From the NCBI GenBank assembly GCA_030704615.1, contig CM060733.1:40362001-40426000 (forward strand): a DNA stretch of 64,000 nt. Reading direction: 5' to 3'. A program made the position numbers and the translations under genes. The notes below the pieces were generated by a model. The model ran no database searches. It was given only the letters and a program-made list of their open reading frames with translations, and had not been told where the DNA came from. Of this stretch, positions 38,087 through 51,411 are shown in pieces. Source of the DNA: Takakia lepidozioides. Lineage: Eukaryota; Plantae; Bryophyta. Position 1 is the stretch's first letter. Each line of letters opens with the position of its first letter.

Positions 38087-41000
38087 ATGGCGTTAAGAAA
38101 ATGTCTGCAGATTTCTCCTGGATTGCGGATCCATAAGCTCTTCAGTGATCGCATCCCATCCTCTTCTCTCTGTGCCGTCTTCTTAGCTGATGCATTTAAG
38201 AGATCCCTTGTATGGACTGATTGCGGAGTACCAAATGGAGACAGAGTTTCATGGCCTTGCTCAAATGTACATATTAGGGCCGCCAGTACAAATTCGACGG
38301 GTGAGTCGCAGCTCACGGAAAAGATTGTGTTGTACCGCGCCAAATGGATGCGTCCTCTTCGTTTGGTGGTTAGGTACTCATCTCTCTCAGTGATCCACAA
38401 CCCTTTCACCTATGAGGGGAGGTCTGGACCATTAATTAACACTGAACCCAAACTATAATCAGCTGCATTTATGCGCTCCCCTCTTGGGAGTTATGAAACT
38501 AGCACCGACTTAGTAGCCCGGGGTAATTATTCCCTCAAGGGTAGACACTGTTCACAGTTAAAGACAACATCATTTCTCTCTGCAATCAACATCTCATGAG
38601 TACATCTCTCGACCGAATTTTCTTGTCTAGACCAAATCAATTTCGATGATCATGTTGCCTGTGTAAAATGTGTCACCAGACTGAAGGTGTTTCAGTTGGG
38701 AGGGGTGGCGGCCCTTGCACTCCCATTGGCCGAGTATGCTGAAGAGGTATACAGGGATCCAGAAAGACTTGGTTCCTAACTTGTCAAGTTCACAGTCTAT
38801 TATTCAGGTCTCTGTTTGAAGAGCCAAACTTAGGACAGTCAAGTAGTTGTTGCAACCAAGATCGTCTGCCAAATTTTCATATGCGTTGTAAGCATGTAAA
38901 TTATGACACGATCTTGCTGAATATCTGAGCTTCTCAAATACCCTCGATTTGGCATATTTTGTTTGGACACAGTAGTGCATCTTTGCGGGCCTGATTTCAA
39001 ATGTCTTTTGTGTGCCCCATTCTGCAAGGATACATTCTAGGGCAGTCTCTCTCTGGGGACCATGGTGGCAGTGACTGCTGTTGTTGGAGGGGCAGGGGCT
39101 GCATCAGCTGCACTCTGGTACTATTCTCGCAGGTATTTTCTGATTTATTCTGGGTCAATATTTTCGCACACCGTAATCTTATGGTTTGATACTAATCAAC
39201 CTTGTTGTTGGTTATTTACGGACCGACAAGATGACAAGTCCAGACTGAGTTCATATCCTAGTGGGTTACAACCCAGCTTCTGGTAATCTGCAGGGCCTTC
39301 AAAGCCCACATTCACTGGAAATTGTCAATGAGTACATCCAGTTGGAGTAGCTAGGCTGGTGAATCCTACTAACTCAGGTGAGTCAATAATTCTCGAGTCT
39401 GAAGATCTCCATTCCAGAGAAATGGGTTGTACAATGCTTTATGCTTCTTGTATTTACTTGTTTGCTCGTGTACTTGATTGATGACCCATGTCAATTGAAG
39501 CTTGGACAAGTAGCCTAGTGACTTTCAATGTACTTCAAATGTTACATTAATAGGTTTTGTCCCGCAGAGATAGAAATAGGATGGTGGTGTGATTTGAAGC
39601 AGGCTAGTTTGCTGATATATGTGGCCAAGTAATGGCTGGATCATGATCAGTTTCATATCTTTGATGGATTAACCAACAATATGTTGGTTTCAATTTAAAC
39701 AGGTATATGGGTGAAATGGCACTTCTGATGCCTGGCATGAGGACTGTACAACTCAGTGTCATTGATTTTTGGGGAAATCGACAGGTACTTCCATTGCTAG
39801 GGTATTTATCAGAGGCAGTGGTCTTGCTGGTTTGTATTTGCCTATTTTAAACCTAAAAATGGGCTCTTTGGTCAACAGAGAGGTGTGGTGTTGTCATGCT
39901 CCTGCCCTTCTGCCTTTCACAAGGGTCATTTATATTAGCTTGAGTAGCTCCATTTTTGCAGAGAAAACAGGCTTTGGGTGGGCTTATTACGTAGCAAGGC
40001 AGTAGGGGGGAGAATTGAGGGGTGGGTTTGGGGACGTTAATGGACATCTGCTGAATGGGGTGTTCCTGTGTTATCGCAGGATTTGAAATATGACATAAGG
40101 TATGACCTCTGGACACACCTCTTCTTGATACCCTGCTGACTCTGTTATGTTCTTCTCTATTGGGTGACTTGGGAAAGGTTTGATTGGCTAAATGTGTCAA
40201 CATTCATCTCCTGTGTTTTACTGTGTTGTAGAGATATTGTTCCACCCCTGAAGGGGATGTCAATTTCCGAGTTGGAGAAGGCATCAAACCAAGTTCTCAT
40301 TCCTTTGGATGGTAATTTCCTTTACCTTAGCGCCTGTGCTTCTTTAGTCTTGGCTCCATCAGTTCACAAGGAGAGATCGCAGATTTATCATAATGCTTTG
40401 CCTCAGTGACGATGGCCTTGCTCTAATTGAGCCAGTAAGATTCAACACATAAAGTGTCTGAAAAGCTCATTATCAAGTTGTCACCACACCATCATGACCG
40501 TGGCCCCTTTTTGGTCCTGAGAAATGTTAATACTCTGCCAAGGCTCCAGTAAAAGCCCTCTGTTGTCGACTGTCTCTCTGCCAGAAGATTTGAAAGTCTC
40601 GAGGCTGAGCCAAAAGCCCAGGCCCTCCTGAGGCCTAGTTTTTGGGCAAATCACACACAGCAGATTGATGCTTGTGTGAAGGGATTTCTAGAGGATATCT
40701 GGAAAACCCGGATTAATTCTTTATATGGAGGTAAGTCTTACTACCAACGTCAGCCCCTGACAGAGGTAGGTTCTGTCCCTTTTGTTCCCGCTCAAACTGG
40801 GCGCGGGGTCAATGGCCACAAGGCTACGGCAAACAACGTCTTATGAGTACAATCTCTGCCAGAAGATTGAGCTTCACTGTACCAGATCACTGCGCCAGGA
40901 TCAGCAAGCAGATTTGGCTCTGCTTCTTCTCTCTGTTTAGAACAGTTGATCTTGGATGTCGCACTTCCCTCTCTAAAAACATGAGATGATAAGAGAGAAA

Positions 41001-41497
41001 GTATTAATAATAGAAGTACTCAATAACTTGCCACAGATAACAATCCAGTCAGAGGCAATTCAGTATATTTACTACTTGCTGGATTAATTTAATCCTACGA
41101 AGTTTGAGGCTGATTCCAGGCCTGGTTATAGTTGGAAACAAATGTGGTTTGTGTGGTTGCACTGCCTGTGCAAGAGAGATGCTTTAGGTGGCTTCGCCAT
41201 CAGATCCTAGCATCTCCAGATGGTACTTTTCAGATTGTATTACTCCATGCGTATATCTTAGACCTTGGACTCTTCATATTTATTTGGGTGGGTGCAGTGA
41301 TTGGTGACCGCCAGTTCTATCTCAATTTGAGGCACGCCCAATTCTTGCAAAAGGAGGTGCTTTTCAGGCTCCTTCATGGCACTCTGGACCTTTCCAACGT
41401 ACAAAGTCTGCTGTCCCATCAGAAAGCTGCCAATGACCCACTAAAAGTGGACGCACAGCCAGAAACTGGCGACACAAAATGTTCCATTCAAGCTTAG
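38087..41497 (+). CDS. TMEM186-like mitochondrial membrane protein, multi-exon
   Basis: Exon peptides LYRAKWMRPLRLVVR, LKVFQLGGVAALALP (~38680), VVGGAGAASAALWYYSRR (~39041-39132), YMGEMALL..VIDFWGNR (~39703-39784), DIVPPL (~40232), VIGDRQFYL (41298-41497). Two TM helices plus FWGxR and DIVP fit the TMEM70/186/223 group. Confidence 0.7.
40591..40852 (+). mobile_element. 5'-truncated 262-bp copy of the LINE with 16-bp TSD, intronic
   Basis: Near-identical to ~34346-34607. TSD TCTCTGCCAGAAGATT at 40575-40590 and 40853-40868. Confidence 0.93.
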
Positions 41498-41577
41498 TTT
41501 GAGCACTTGCTGAATTTTTTTCTAAAACACTCGGCTTTCAGTATGTGGGAATGAGACAATCTCTATCCAGCCTCAGA

Positions 41578-41596
41578 CAACATCTTATGAGTACAT
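41578..41596 (+). mobile_element. 19-bp LINE 3'-end insertion with 16-bp TSD
   Basis: CAACATCTTATGAGTACAT versus the LINE end CAACGTCTTATGAGTACAA. Flanks TCTATCCAGCCTCAGA (41562-41577) and TCTATCTAGCCTCAGA (41597-41612). Confidence 0.8.
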
Positions 41597-43380
41597 TCTA
41601 TCTAGCCTCAGATTTTCTGAGTAAGATGTTGGAACTGGATCCTGAAAGGGCTTCATGTTGTTTGATCTCTAGTGTTGAAGTGGCTTTTGGTGCAGAGCTC
41701 AGGCCGCATGTTTTTGCTTGATGACTAGTTTTATGATATGGGATTGCATTGCCTCTTGATGTCATGCTATTGTTGTTTGGAAATCACTCTTAATGGAATG
41801 GATGATCCTACTGCACGATCAATTGATAGGATAGGATGTTGTCTGAGGATTTTCTTTAAGAAACTGAGTGAACACCTCTATTTGGTATGGTCAAGGGTGC
41901 TTTGCTAAGATGGTATGAGTGAATTATGGGTGATACCATATTGATAGACCATCTGACTGACCTTCTTGGCCTGGGTTGGAGAACCAGGCAACCCCACCCT
42001 GCACTCAGTGGGGGTATGTGAAGGTGGGCATTTATGTGAAGAATTTGTTTGATGTGCGCTCAACTGGTTTAGAGTACATACTGACATGCAGAAGAAGCAT
42101 CCTTGAAAATTTTGGTATAAGAGATGATGATGCCATTTGTCAAAGGTTTGAGCAGGCATGGAGTCCTCGTAAGGGCTCATTTAAAGACTGATCTACAAAG
42201 GAGTACGCATAATAGATGTCCGCCTGTTCATTAATGGTACAATATTCTTTGTACTTCCTCTGTTCCTTCTCTGGTTCATTGTTTTTTGAAGCAGCCTGCA
42301 TGAGGACTTCCAATGCCAGCGACCTGCACATTTGTGCTGCATCCTTAGATCTCTTCTCTTTCACCCGCTTCCTCCCCAGTCCACAAGGACTTTTGACTGT
42401 TGGTGAGAGCTATATGCTATTGCAAGTGGCTGCAGAAGGCACAGTTCAACACTCAGGAAGTGAATAAGAAACAATTTACAGAGCTGCCAATGTGTGCAAC
42501 GAGTTTTGGACCATCAACATGGTATGAGAGCCTGTACAGCATGTAGCATGAGCTGTTTGAGCAGGCGCTCTGACAAATCAGGCCGGCCTGCATGAGAAAA
42601 GGCACGACAGGCAGAGTCAAAGCGGTAAGTTTCTGCAAAGGTTTTCAACAGTCTCCCTTGCAATGACCTCTGAGGGATCTATCAATTGGATCCATCTCTG
42701 CGGATGTGCAAATTGTCAGTCATTCAGCAACCATCTCTACTTCAAAAGAAGCAGCAAGTAGTGTGTGCGAATGGTTGACCTGAGGTCGCCAAGTTTTGTG
42801 AAGGTTTCAAATGTATGTGCACATTTCCACCACGTCGCATTAGTGTTGCACATAAAGTCAACTCTTGGATTTGTGTTTTCTTCAGCCGTCTTGCTACCTA
42901 TTGCATGAAAGGACCATGCACATCAGGTAAGCCTTTGGGCCAAGCTGTAAGTTACACTCAACACAATGCAGCTGAAATACATGTATCCAAGAACTGATTT
43001 AACGCCCCTTTGGTGCTTATTATGGCGGAATCAAGATCCGCCATCCTTTCCTCTGACTTTCAGATCCGGATCTTTTTCTCTTCATCATGTTATCCAAGTA
43101 GCTTCATGTCAGAGGCCTTCTTTTTATGTAGTTTTGATTTGATGTTTGGCTGTGGCACCAGAGGTGGCTTCGGCTTCAAGATAGTGCTGTTAGCTAAGCC
43201 TACACCTTTGTTGCGATAAGACTCTTCTTGCCTGCGTAGCATTTCTCCACTTTGTGGCATATTGCTTGTATGGATTACAGGTTTGAAAATCCACCACAAA
43301 CCACGGATATAATCAAATAAGGAAATGCTGAGATAGCTTCAACAACACTCCGCCACTTTTCTTGCGCGAAACAATGAAAC

Positions 43381-43507
43381 ACGGGGTGACCCTAGGGATG
43401 ACCCCGTCCTTTTTGTAAAATTGAATGTAGTTCTCAGAGTTCGTCGCTAGTAAGTGCGGAGCAACGCGAAGCCCTAGTTCTAGGGACGACCGAAGGTCGG
43501 AAGCTAG
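43381..43507 (+). mobile_element. Helitron-like terminal sequence with hairpins and several CTAG motifs
   Basis: Matches the reverse complement of 8118-8206. Inverted repeat ACGGGGT...ACCCCGT; second hairpin CGACC-GAA-GGTCG followed by GAAGCTAG. Confidence 0.5.
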
Positions 43508-45781
43508 GATGCCATAGCGCCTCGTCATCATTGCCACGTCATTGTTGCCACATCATCATAGCCACATCATCATTGCCAGGTTTTGTCGCCGCGTCATTGT
43601 CATCGCGTTTCGTAGCCACATCATCGTCGCCACATTTCGTCGTCAAATTTTTTGTGACCTGCCCAGACTGCCCGCCCGAAAAACGCAATAAACCTCGCGT
43701 CAAGTTTTTCAGAACTGCCCGGCCTGCCCGGTTCTTGATCTTCTTGAACTGTTCACACGCTGATCGTAGATGGAGACGTTTGCAGATTATGAGTACAGCG
43801 CAGGAGCTCTCACAGATGGTGGGACAACCGCAATCGCAAGGTGTGGCTTTTCTTAAAAAATGTACGATGTGAAAAAGTTTGTCCATCTTGCAAATGTGGG
43901 CTCTTGGCTCCTGTTAATACCATCATTTGTTATTCTTCATGATGTTTACAAGGTTCTTGGGAGAGTCAGCTTGGTCTTAGCATACCGTGTTTCAATCTTT
44001 GTCTGCTCAGCTGCACCGTGGTGGTTTTTACAAACCAATCATCATTACCTGACTACAAATACAAGCAGCAAATACTCATGATTTATACACAGGCAGAGAT
44101 AGCTGAAGGACCAGGGAAAGAGGTCCAGATTCATGCAAGAGCGTCGGATTTCAAACACAAAATTACTTCAGGGAAGGTCCTTTTGGGTTGATGGTCGGTC
44201 AAATCCTCCATGGGTCATGACACAAGGTCAATGACAATGTGGTGAGGGCACCTCAGACTTGGCCCTGACAAGTTACAGCCGATGTGGCAGCAGGAAAGCA
44301 TCCAAAACAGATAACAGAGATGAGGGTAAGCTTTGGAATGAACACTTCTCCGACCCCAGTCAATGGTAGGACAATGGAAACAAAAAAGTGAATGTCTGTT
44401 GGACTACAGAGAGAAGCAGATGCAATTCAGAATTGGCACTGCTGTAATAAGTAAGGTTGGGGTGTTTGCTGGAAGAACTTCACGCCATCAGTGTTAGCTA
44501 CTAGCAGCAAGTATTCATGATTTGTATACAGGCAGGGACCAAGGATAGATGTCCAGATTCATGCAAGAGGGTCGGATTTCAAACACAAGATTACTTCTGA
44601 TTCCCTGTGGATCAATAGCTACAAGAAATCTGCGTGGGTAGATGGTCAACTGGAAACAATAACACAATTGATAGAACAAGGCACTGCTAATGAAGGCACC
44701 TTCTTCAACACATTTCAGCCTGTTTTTCCCTGTTATCAAAGTCGTCCCTAAATTTTCATGTTGAATTCTGCAAGTTAGCTCGTTGGTAGATCTATGATTC
44801 CATGTGGAAGGATAGAACACAATTTTAAATAAATCTGGACTAAAGTTTGGTCCAGAAATAAGGAGAAATATCTTAATATGTATTTTTTAAACCATTTAAA
44901 TGAATTAATATGGATCATTTCAAATATAAATGTACATATATAAATAATTATTTGTCTATTAATATATAATATGAGCAATGAAGAAACATTATATATAAAC
45001 TTCAGGAGAAAAAACAGTTTATATTTGGCTCATAAAGCAACTTCCACTGTTCACTCAACGTTTAGTAAGAGTTGAATGAGATACCAACAGTCAGTAGTTC
45101 AGTTGGTGAAGTGCACTGAGTGCCATGAGACAAAATGGATGATATGGATTATGCACGCAATGTTTTGAGGTTGAACCAAAATATTTTGCTTCATGGGTGT
45201 CGGGTGATAACTCGTTGCATGCCCCGCAGCCTGATGGATGATTGGAACGCCTTATCCTTTAGTCATATTCGTAATCGCGACTAAGCTTGCATTCGTACGT
45301 AACATACAAGGCAAATCAATCAAATATGTGAACCAAACATGGCACAATGACACAATACCATGACATGAAAAGAAAGAGAATGGGGAGACATTGATGATAA
45401 ACAACCAGGTTTTATTTCAGAACCATGTCAATTTTAATAAGTCTCGCCATGCGGCATGGACCAATACAAGTAACGCAAACCATGTTAATGAGAGTATCAA
45501 CTTCTAGAAGGAGGGCTGAACTCCGGTGGTAACACAAGACGATGTCGGCCAATGTACTTATAGTGAAAATATTTTGAGGAAAGCCATTTCCCAAAATCAC
45601 GATACATTTATTGTTGACAAGGTTGGAGGGACCATTTTAAAATCTCTATTCTTCCCTTGTTCCAAAGGTTTTTGTCCGGAGAAGATGGAAGAAGTCCCTG
45701 AAATGTTGTCTCGGGTATCGTGGATATGGTGATGACTCCACCAAAATAATATCCTCCAAGATTACGCTAATCAACAACGTC

Positions 45782-48700
45782 CACTACAGCAGATGAGGGG
45801 GGGTTTGCGACGCCACCCGCGCCCCCCCACCCCCGCGCGGCGCCGAGTGTGCGACGCCAACCGCACGGAGCGTGTTTGCGACGTCGGGCCGTCGCAGCCA
45901 AACCCCGCGGGTCGCCATTGGCGCCGGGGCCAGGCGGCGACGCCTGGCCTTCGCACGGGCGGATGAAGGGCAAAAGGCAGCCCTTCCGTGCGACGCCCAA
46001 GCGTCGCCCCCCAGCGAAAGGCAGAAGGCAGCCTTTTCTGGCGAAGGCCGATCGTCGCACGCCGAAAAAAAAGACCTTTTTTTGCCCTTTATTTCATCGC
46101 AGCCCTTTCTTGCGACGCCAGGCCGTCGCATGGTGGCATGAAGGGCAAAAGGCCCCTGCGATGGCCAGGCGTCGCAAACTGCCCGACTGTCCTATTCTTG
46201 CAAAACAAAAAAAAAGGTCACAGTTTGCGACGGCTGGCCGTCGCCGTTTGCGACCCCAGACCTCATAAATCCATTCAAAAAAACAGGTCGCAGTTGGCGA
46301 CGGTTGGCCATCACCGTTTGCGACCCCCGGCCTCATAAATCCTAAAAACCGCATCGCAGATGGCAACGCGTGGGGGTCGCAGTCAGCGACGGCAGGGCTT
46401 TCTAGGTTTAGGTTTAGGGCCTTTGGGGGTTCTTAGTTTTTTTTTTTTTTTTTCATATGGTACTGGGGTAGGCTGTTTGGTTTTCTTTATGGTTTAGCTT
46501 GTTGTCGTGGACCTTCTTGTAGATTATGACATTCATTTTAATAATTCTCTTGATACCACATCTGTATGTGTTGCTCCAACATATTTATTGTCTCTGACTT
46601 CTTTTTTGAAAGACTACCAGCCACAGCCATATTTGATCAATCATAGAAATAAAGTACAATATGCATGTACATGTACATGTACAATCAATCGAAGGGATGG
46701 GTCCGATTCGGTGCGAGAATTGTTATGTAGCTTTGATTTTGTGTGTAATCAACTTGAACATCATCATCCGGAGCTTCTTCATCATCATCAAGCTGCAAGT
46801 CTTCTTCCTTCTCCAACATCCGTATCTTTTAGAGCTTCATCATATAGGGTCCAGGATACATTGTCTGGGGCGTCATTATCCTCTTCTACCCCCTCTACCT
46901 AACTTCCATCATCAGCATCATTATGACCAGTCTCTCCGTCCACCACAATTACCTCACCCCATGGAGATCCGAGACCATGATAGATACATCTTCCTCTTAG
47001 CTGAGCATGCACAACCACCTTCCAATTTCCCCCTCTTGTTTTGTCATCGGAGAAGAAAACTTGCTCTATGTCTGAAGGCCGTGAAAAAGGCTCATCGAGG
47101 GGACGATGAGTAAGGTTGAGCCTATCTGCATTGACGCGCATGAAACCACAATCATCTTGCACTAGTGTTGTGGAGGGCCCCACAAGATGTGGCTGGAACC
47201 ACCTTCCCTTGAAGAGAAGAGGCCAGAACCTTGTATACCGAAGTTGGAGTATGCTATCAAGCTCTCCAATGTACTCAAGTTTGTTCATAGCAGGCGTGTA
47301 TCTCCCTTGCCCCACATAGAGTCTTGCCAATATGTGGCACACAAGCCATAATCAAAGGTTGTTTTGCGCTTCATGTCAAGAGCACGAATGCGGAAATGAC
47401 GACCGTGAACCCAACCGCCGTGTATGAGGTCGCGAATTGAGAGGGGCCCCTTGCAATGTCTTGCACAAAATCTGAAACCACCTCTCCTTGAGCAACGACA
47501 TCATAAACTGAAGTCCGAAGCCACTGTTGGAATGAACTTAGAGGCTGCAATTCCATGGGCAAAATTTGTGAAGGAACATTCCGGCGGCCCGCTCCTCGTC
47601 GTGGGCGTCTAGTAACCGGCCTTGGATGGTTCCGCCTCCATGCAAGCGTCTCCTCCGTTGCTGAACAAGATTATTATATCTTGTCTCCCACTCATGTATG
47701 GATGGGTTGTTCTTCAGTATGTAGTCATGCGCTTGCTCAATCACCAAGGTCGGCAATTTTATCCTCTTCGATTTTTTGGGCAAAAAGATGTCTTTGGTTC
47801 GTGCATCTTCCTCTTCCTTCCACATCTGAGGGGCTTCATCATCCACCCTTGTCATGTACTCCGTACAATAGAACATAGCTTCTTGCAACGTATACCCCTC
47901 CGCCATGCTACCCTCCGGGTGCGCCATTTGTTTTACAAATTCTTTCAAAGTTTTCATATAACACTCAAGGAAGTACATCCACCGAGAATAAACGGGGCCG
48001 ACAATCGAAGCCTCTTCCACTAAGGGCACTACCAAGTGCACTTGGATGTCAAAGAAGGAGGGAGGAAGGTGTATCTCCAACATACACATTACCTCCGCCG
48101 CCTCCTTCATGCGTGAAAAATCAGCTTCTTCCAATTTTTTGGAGCAAATCCACCGGAACAAGCCTCCCAATCTATAGATTGTCTCACGAACCTCGGGAGT
48201 TAATGTCCCACGTACTGTAATGGGCAAGACGTCTTGCAATAGATTATGGTAGTCATGAGACTTCAAACCATGGACCCCGTCTTCTTCGCTGAACTTCGTA
48301 CGGAGGGATGACCCATAACCAGTTGATGTTCGGACAACACTTATGGTAGCTATCACTTTCTTATATTCCTCCTTTGTCCATTGCCAATGTACGCGCCTAT
48401 ACTTCCACCGTATAACACCCTTTGGGTCCACACCATTTTGTTCGGCCCATAGATGGCGCATGCGACCCTTCTTTGCCGGCGTGTCATGAAGAACCCGAAA
48501 AATGGACGAGCAGACATTCTTCTCAATATGCATGGGATCTAGAAAATGGCGAATCTTCAGGTCCTACATATATCCCCACCCACAAAGACTTACACAAATT
48601 TTTTTACGTGAAAGTGACAATGCAACGCATACCAAATGTGCAATATCACATGCATGCATAGGGATATTGACAGTGTTTTTGTGGAATATGTACCGCCCAA

Positions 48701-51370
48701 TATGACAACTCGTAGAAGATTGAAAGTCGTTTCATGCCGGACACGTCCACTTCACCGTCCGTGCCCGCATGGGCCTCCTTCCATCGGTCCTCCCAAAACT
48801 GCCCGGACGGTGTCATAGGGGGAGGACGTACTTCCTCTTTGTCATCAAACAAGTGTTTCTCTCTTCTTCTCCATCGATGGCTCATAGGAAAAAATTTACG
48901 GTAGTTGGGATACACCATCTTGTGAAGATGGCGGGAGCTGTGTGCATCAAGATCATCGCCACAATGCAAGCATGCATGGTACCCTTTGGTGCTTAGCCCC
49001 GAGCAAACAGTTAGTACACAACACCGATCCGGCAGGTCGTTATCTTTTGTGATTGTCGTTAACGCCGTTCGCTATCGCTCTCGCTTTTGTTTTGAATACG
49101 GCAGTCTCAGCTTTGCATGTGTAGATTGTGCTGAATTCTTTCACACCATTCATGGTGAGTTTCCTTGATACAGAGTGATGGTCGTTACCGCCATTCACTA
49201 TTTGCAAATCACTCAGTCAGAACTGAATGGCATCGTGCAGAAAACTGTGAGGTCGAAGCCTACAGGATCAGAGGGAAAAGGATCTGGAGATGGGGACGAG
49301 TCCGCAAAAAGCTCAGAGAATACAGATGAAGCAGATGAATCCGAAGTGCACTACCTTGACATCCCGCCACATTAGCAAAAACAAAAAGTTGTCATGTGCA
49401 TGGCTCATAATGCCATCTACCCCACTACGGTGCACAAGACTGTCGTCGCTACTTCGATCAATCTCAATCCTCATCGATATTATCCGGCATTGATAAGTGA
49501 ATGTACGCGGGTTGTTCATGGGGAACATAATATACCTGGATAATCATGCATTGTCCAAAGCAAGATGTCTCTCATCTGAAAAGATTGTTCGGCCAGAGGG
49601 TCAAGTGAAGCATCCAATGCCGGGACCCCCCTTCATAGCTCCTTAAGTTCATCAACAAGAGGTCGCAAGTACGTGTCCATGTTTGCCACTTGTTTTTTCC
49701 CTATGAGACATTCACATCATTGTTTCAATGCTCCACCAATATGCAAATTATACTACAAAATGAATTACACGTCTTACTCCATGATTATGTCACTCATCAA
49801 TCTTGCATCCGAATTACGTCAGAGATCAGAAGTTTAATGTAAAGTCTAAGGCAATAATAAACATGAAATGAGTACACTCACCTGGCACAATGGCAGCCAA
49901 CATGATATGGCCTTTTTTAATTGAAAGGTACGGAGGGATGTTGTAATTCACCAAGGTCACCGGCCAAGGGGAATGACTACATGACTGGACAGAGAATGGG
50001 TTGACCCCATCCGAGGAGAAGCCGAGGTGGACATGTCGTGGGTCCTCCAAGAGAAAATGCCACATCTCTTCAATATGCCTCCATGCTTGTGAATCATGTG
50101 GCCCGCACACCTTTCCCGGGGGGCTCTGATGCGAGGCGTGCCATCTCATGAGTCTAGCCAATTCGGGGCTTCGGTACTGTGCCCTCAATCGCGGGATGAT
50201 CGGAAAGTAATGCATTTTCTAGGATGAAATACCCCATGTCCCCCCACATGTAATCATCCCATTAGCACATATGATACAAAACCCTTATGTCTTTCCCTTT
50301 ATGCAGCCTCTCTGTCATTTGGGTGTGAATAGTCAAAACCAAACGTCGCTCCTTCCACTCCTCACTTCTCCTTCCAAAACCACAATCAGATCTTGCATGA
50401 GTACTTCTCTCTTACCCTAAACTTTGTGGAATACACTTTACATACATTGAGAAGATTAAAGATTGTAATCTCTATGCGAGGGGGAATGGCGCTTATACCT
50501 TGCGTGGTACTTTTTTCCCTTGGACATCATCCCGATATCGGTCTTTCTTGCACTTTGGGCACTTGGTGAGATGCGAATCCTCTCCATAGTATAGGGTTTT
50601 ATCACATGGACATGCATGAAAAATCTTATAGCCCATCCCTACAGTCGAATTTGAAGATTGAGCAAAAGTAAGATTGTTGAAAGTCGACTCACTTTCGCCC
50701 CTTCGTACAAGGGAGTTCTCGCCTCCCTCTCCATGTCATTTGAGGGGGCCATTTCAGGATCATCGATTGGTCGGGTTCCCTCTTCATGGGATGCATCAGC
50801 GCCCACATGATGCATTAAGAGATCCTACATGGCTTGCATATCCTCCTGGTTAATTCCATGCTCATTGTTGTTGTCACTTCACTGTCACTGTCATCGTCAT
50901 CATCGTCCGGTACCGTGGGGGCGGCGTCTCGCCCACGGCTCCCGCCTGATGTACTTGGGTTGTTTTCGGATGGGGTGCCAAGAGAAAGGACCGGGAAGGG
51001 ATGGACAAAGTCTTGATACGAACAAATGAACATAGGGACATATATTATGTGTCATTGCAACCATACACTTCATTATAAGCGAAATGCAAACAACAACCTT
51101 CAATGTGTGTGTGCATCAAATATGTCATTCAATAATTACATATATGTGTGCAACGTACACGCATGCAAAGTTTCAAACCCAAACAAAATCATTTGCCCCC
51201 CCAATGATGCATTCACCCTATCAACCAATTTTTGTTTATTAATGTGAAAGAAAATCCTCCCATGCCATTGCACCCAACAAACGGATGTGGCTCAAGCTTC
51301 ATTTTTTCCTACATGTGCTTAAATATATGTGCAACACATGTACAAAGATCCAGCAGACTAAAAAACCGAG

Positions 51371-51411
<41 letters not shown>

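Noticed and set aside
45767-46366. Cluster of overlapping Arg/Ala-rich ORFs
   Set aside because: Artefact of GC-rich CACTA subterminal repeats lacking stop codons.
51371-51408. Poly(A) tail of a retrocopy
   Set aside because: No TSD or upstream retro-sequence; treated as a homopolymer in the CACTA spacer.
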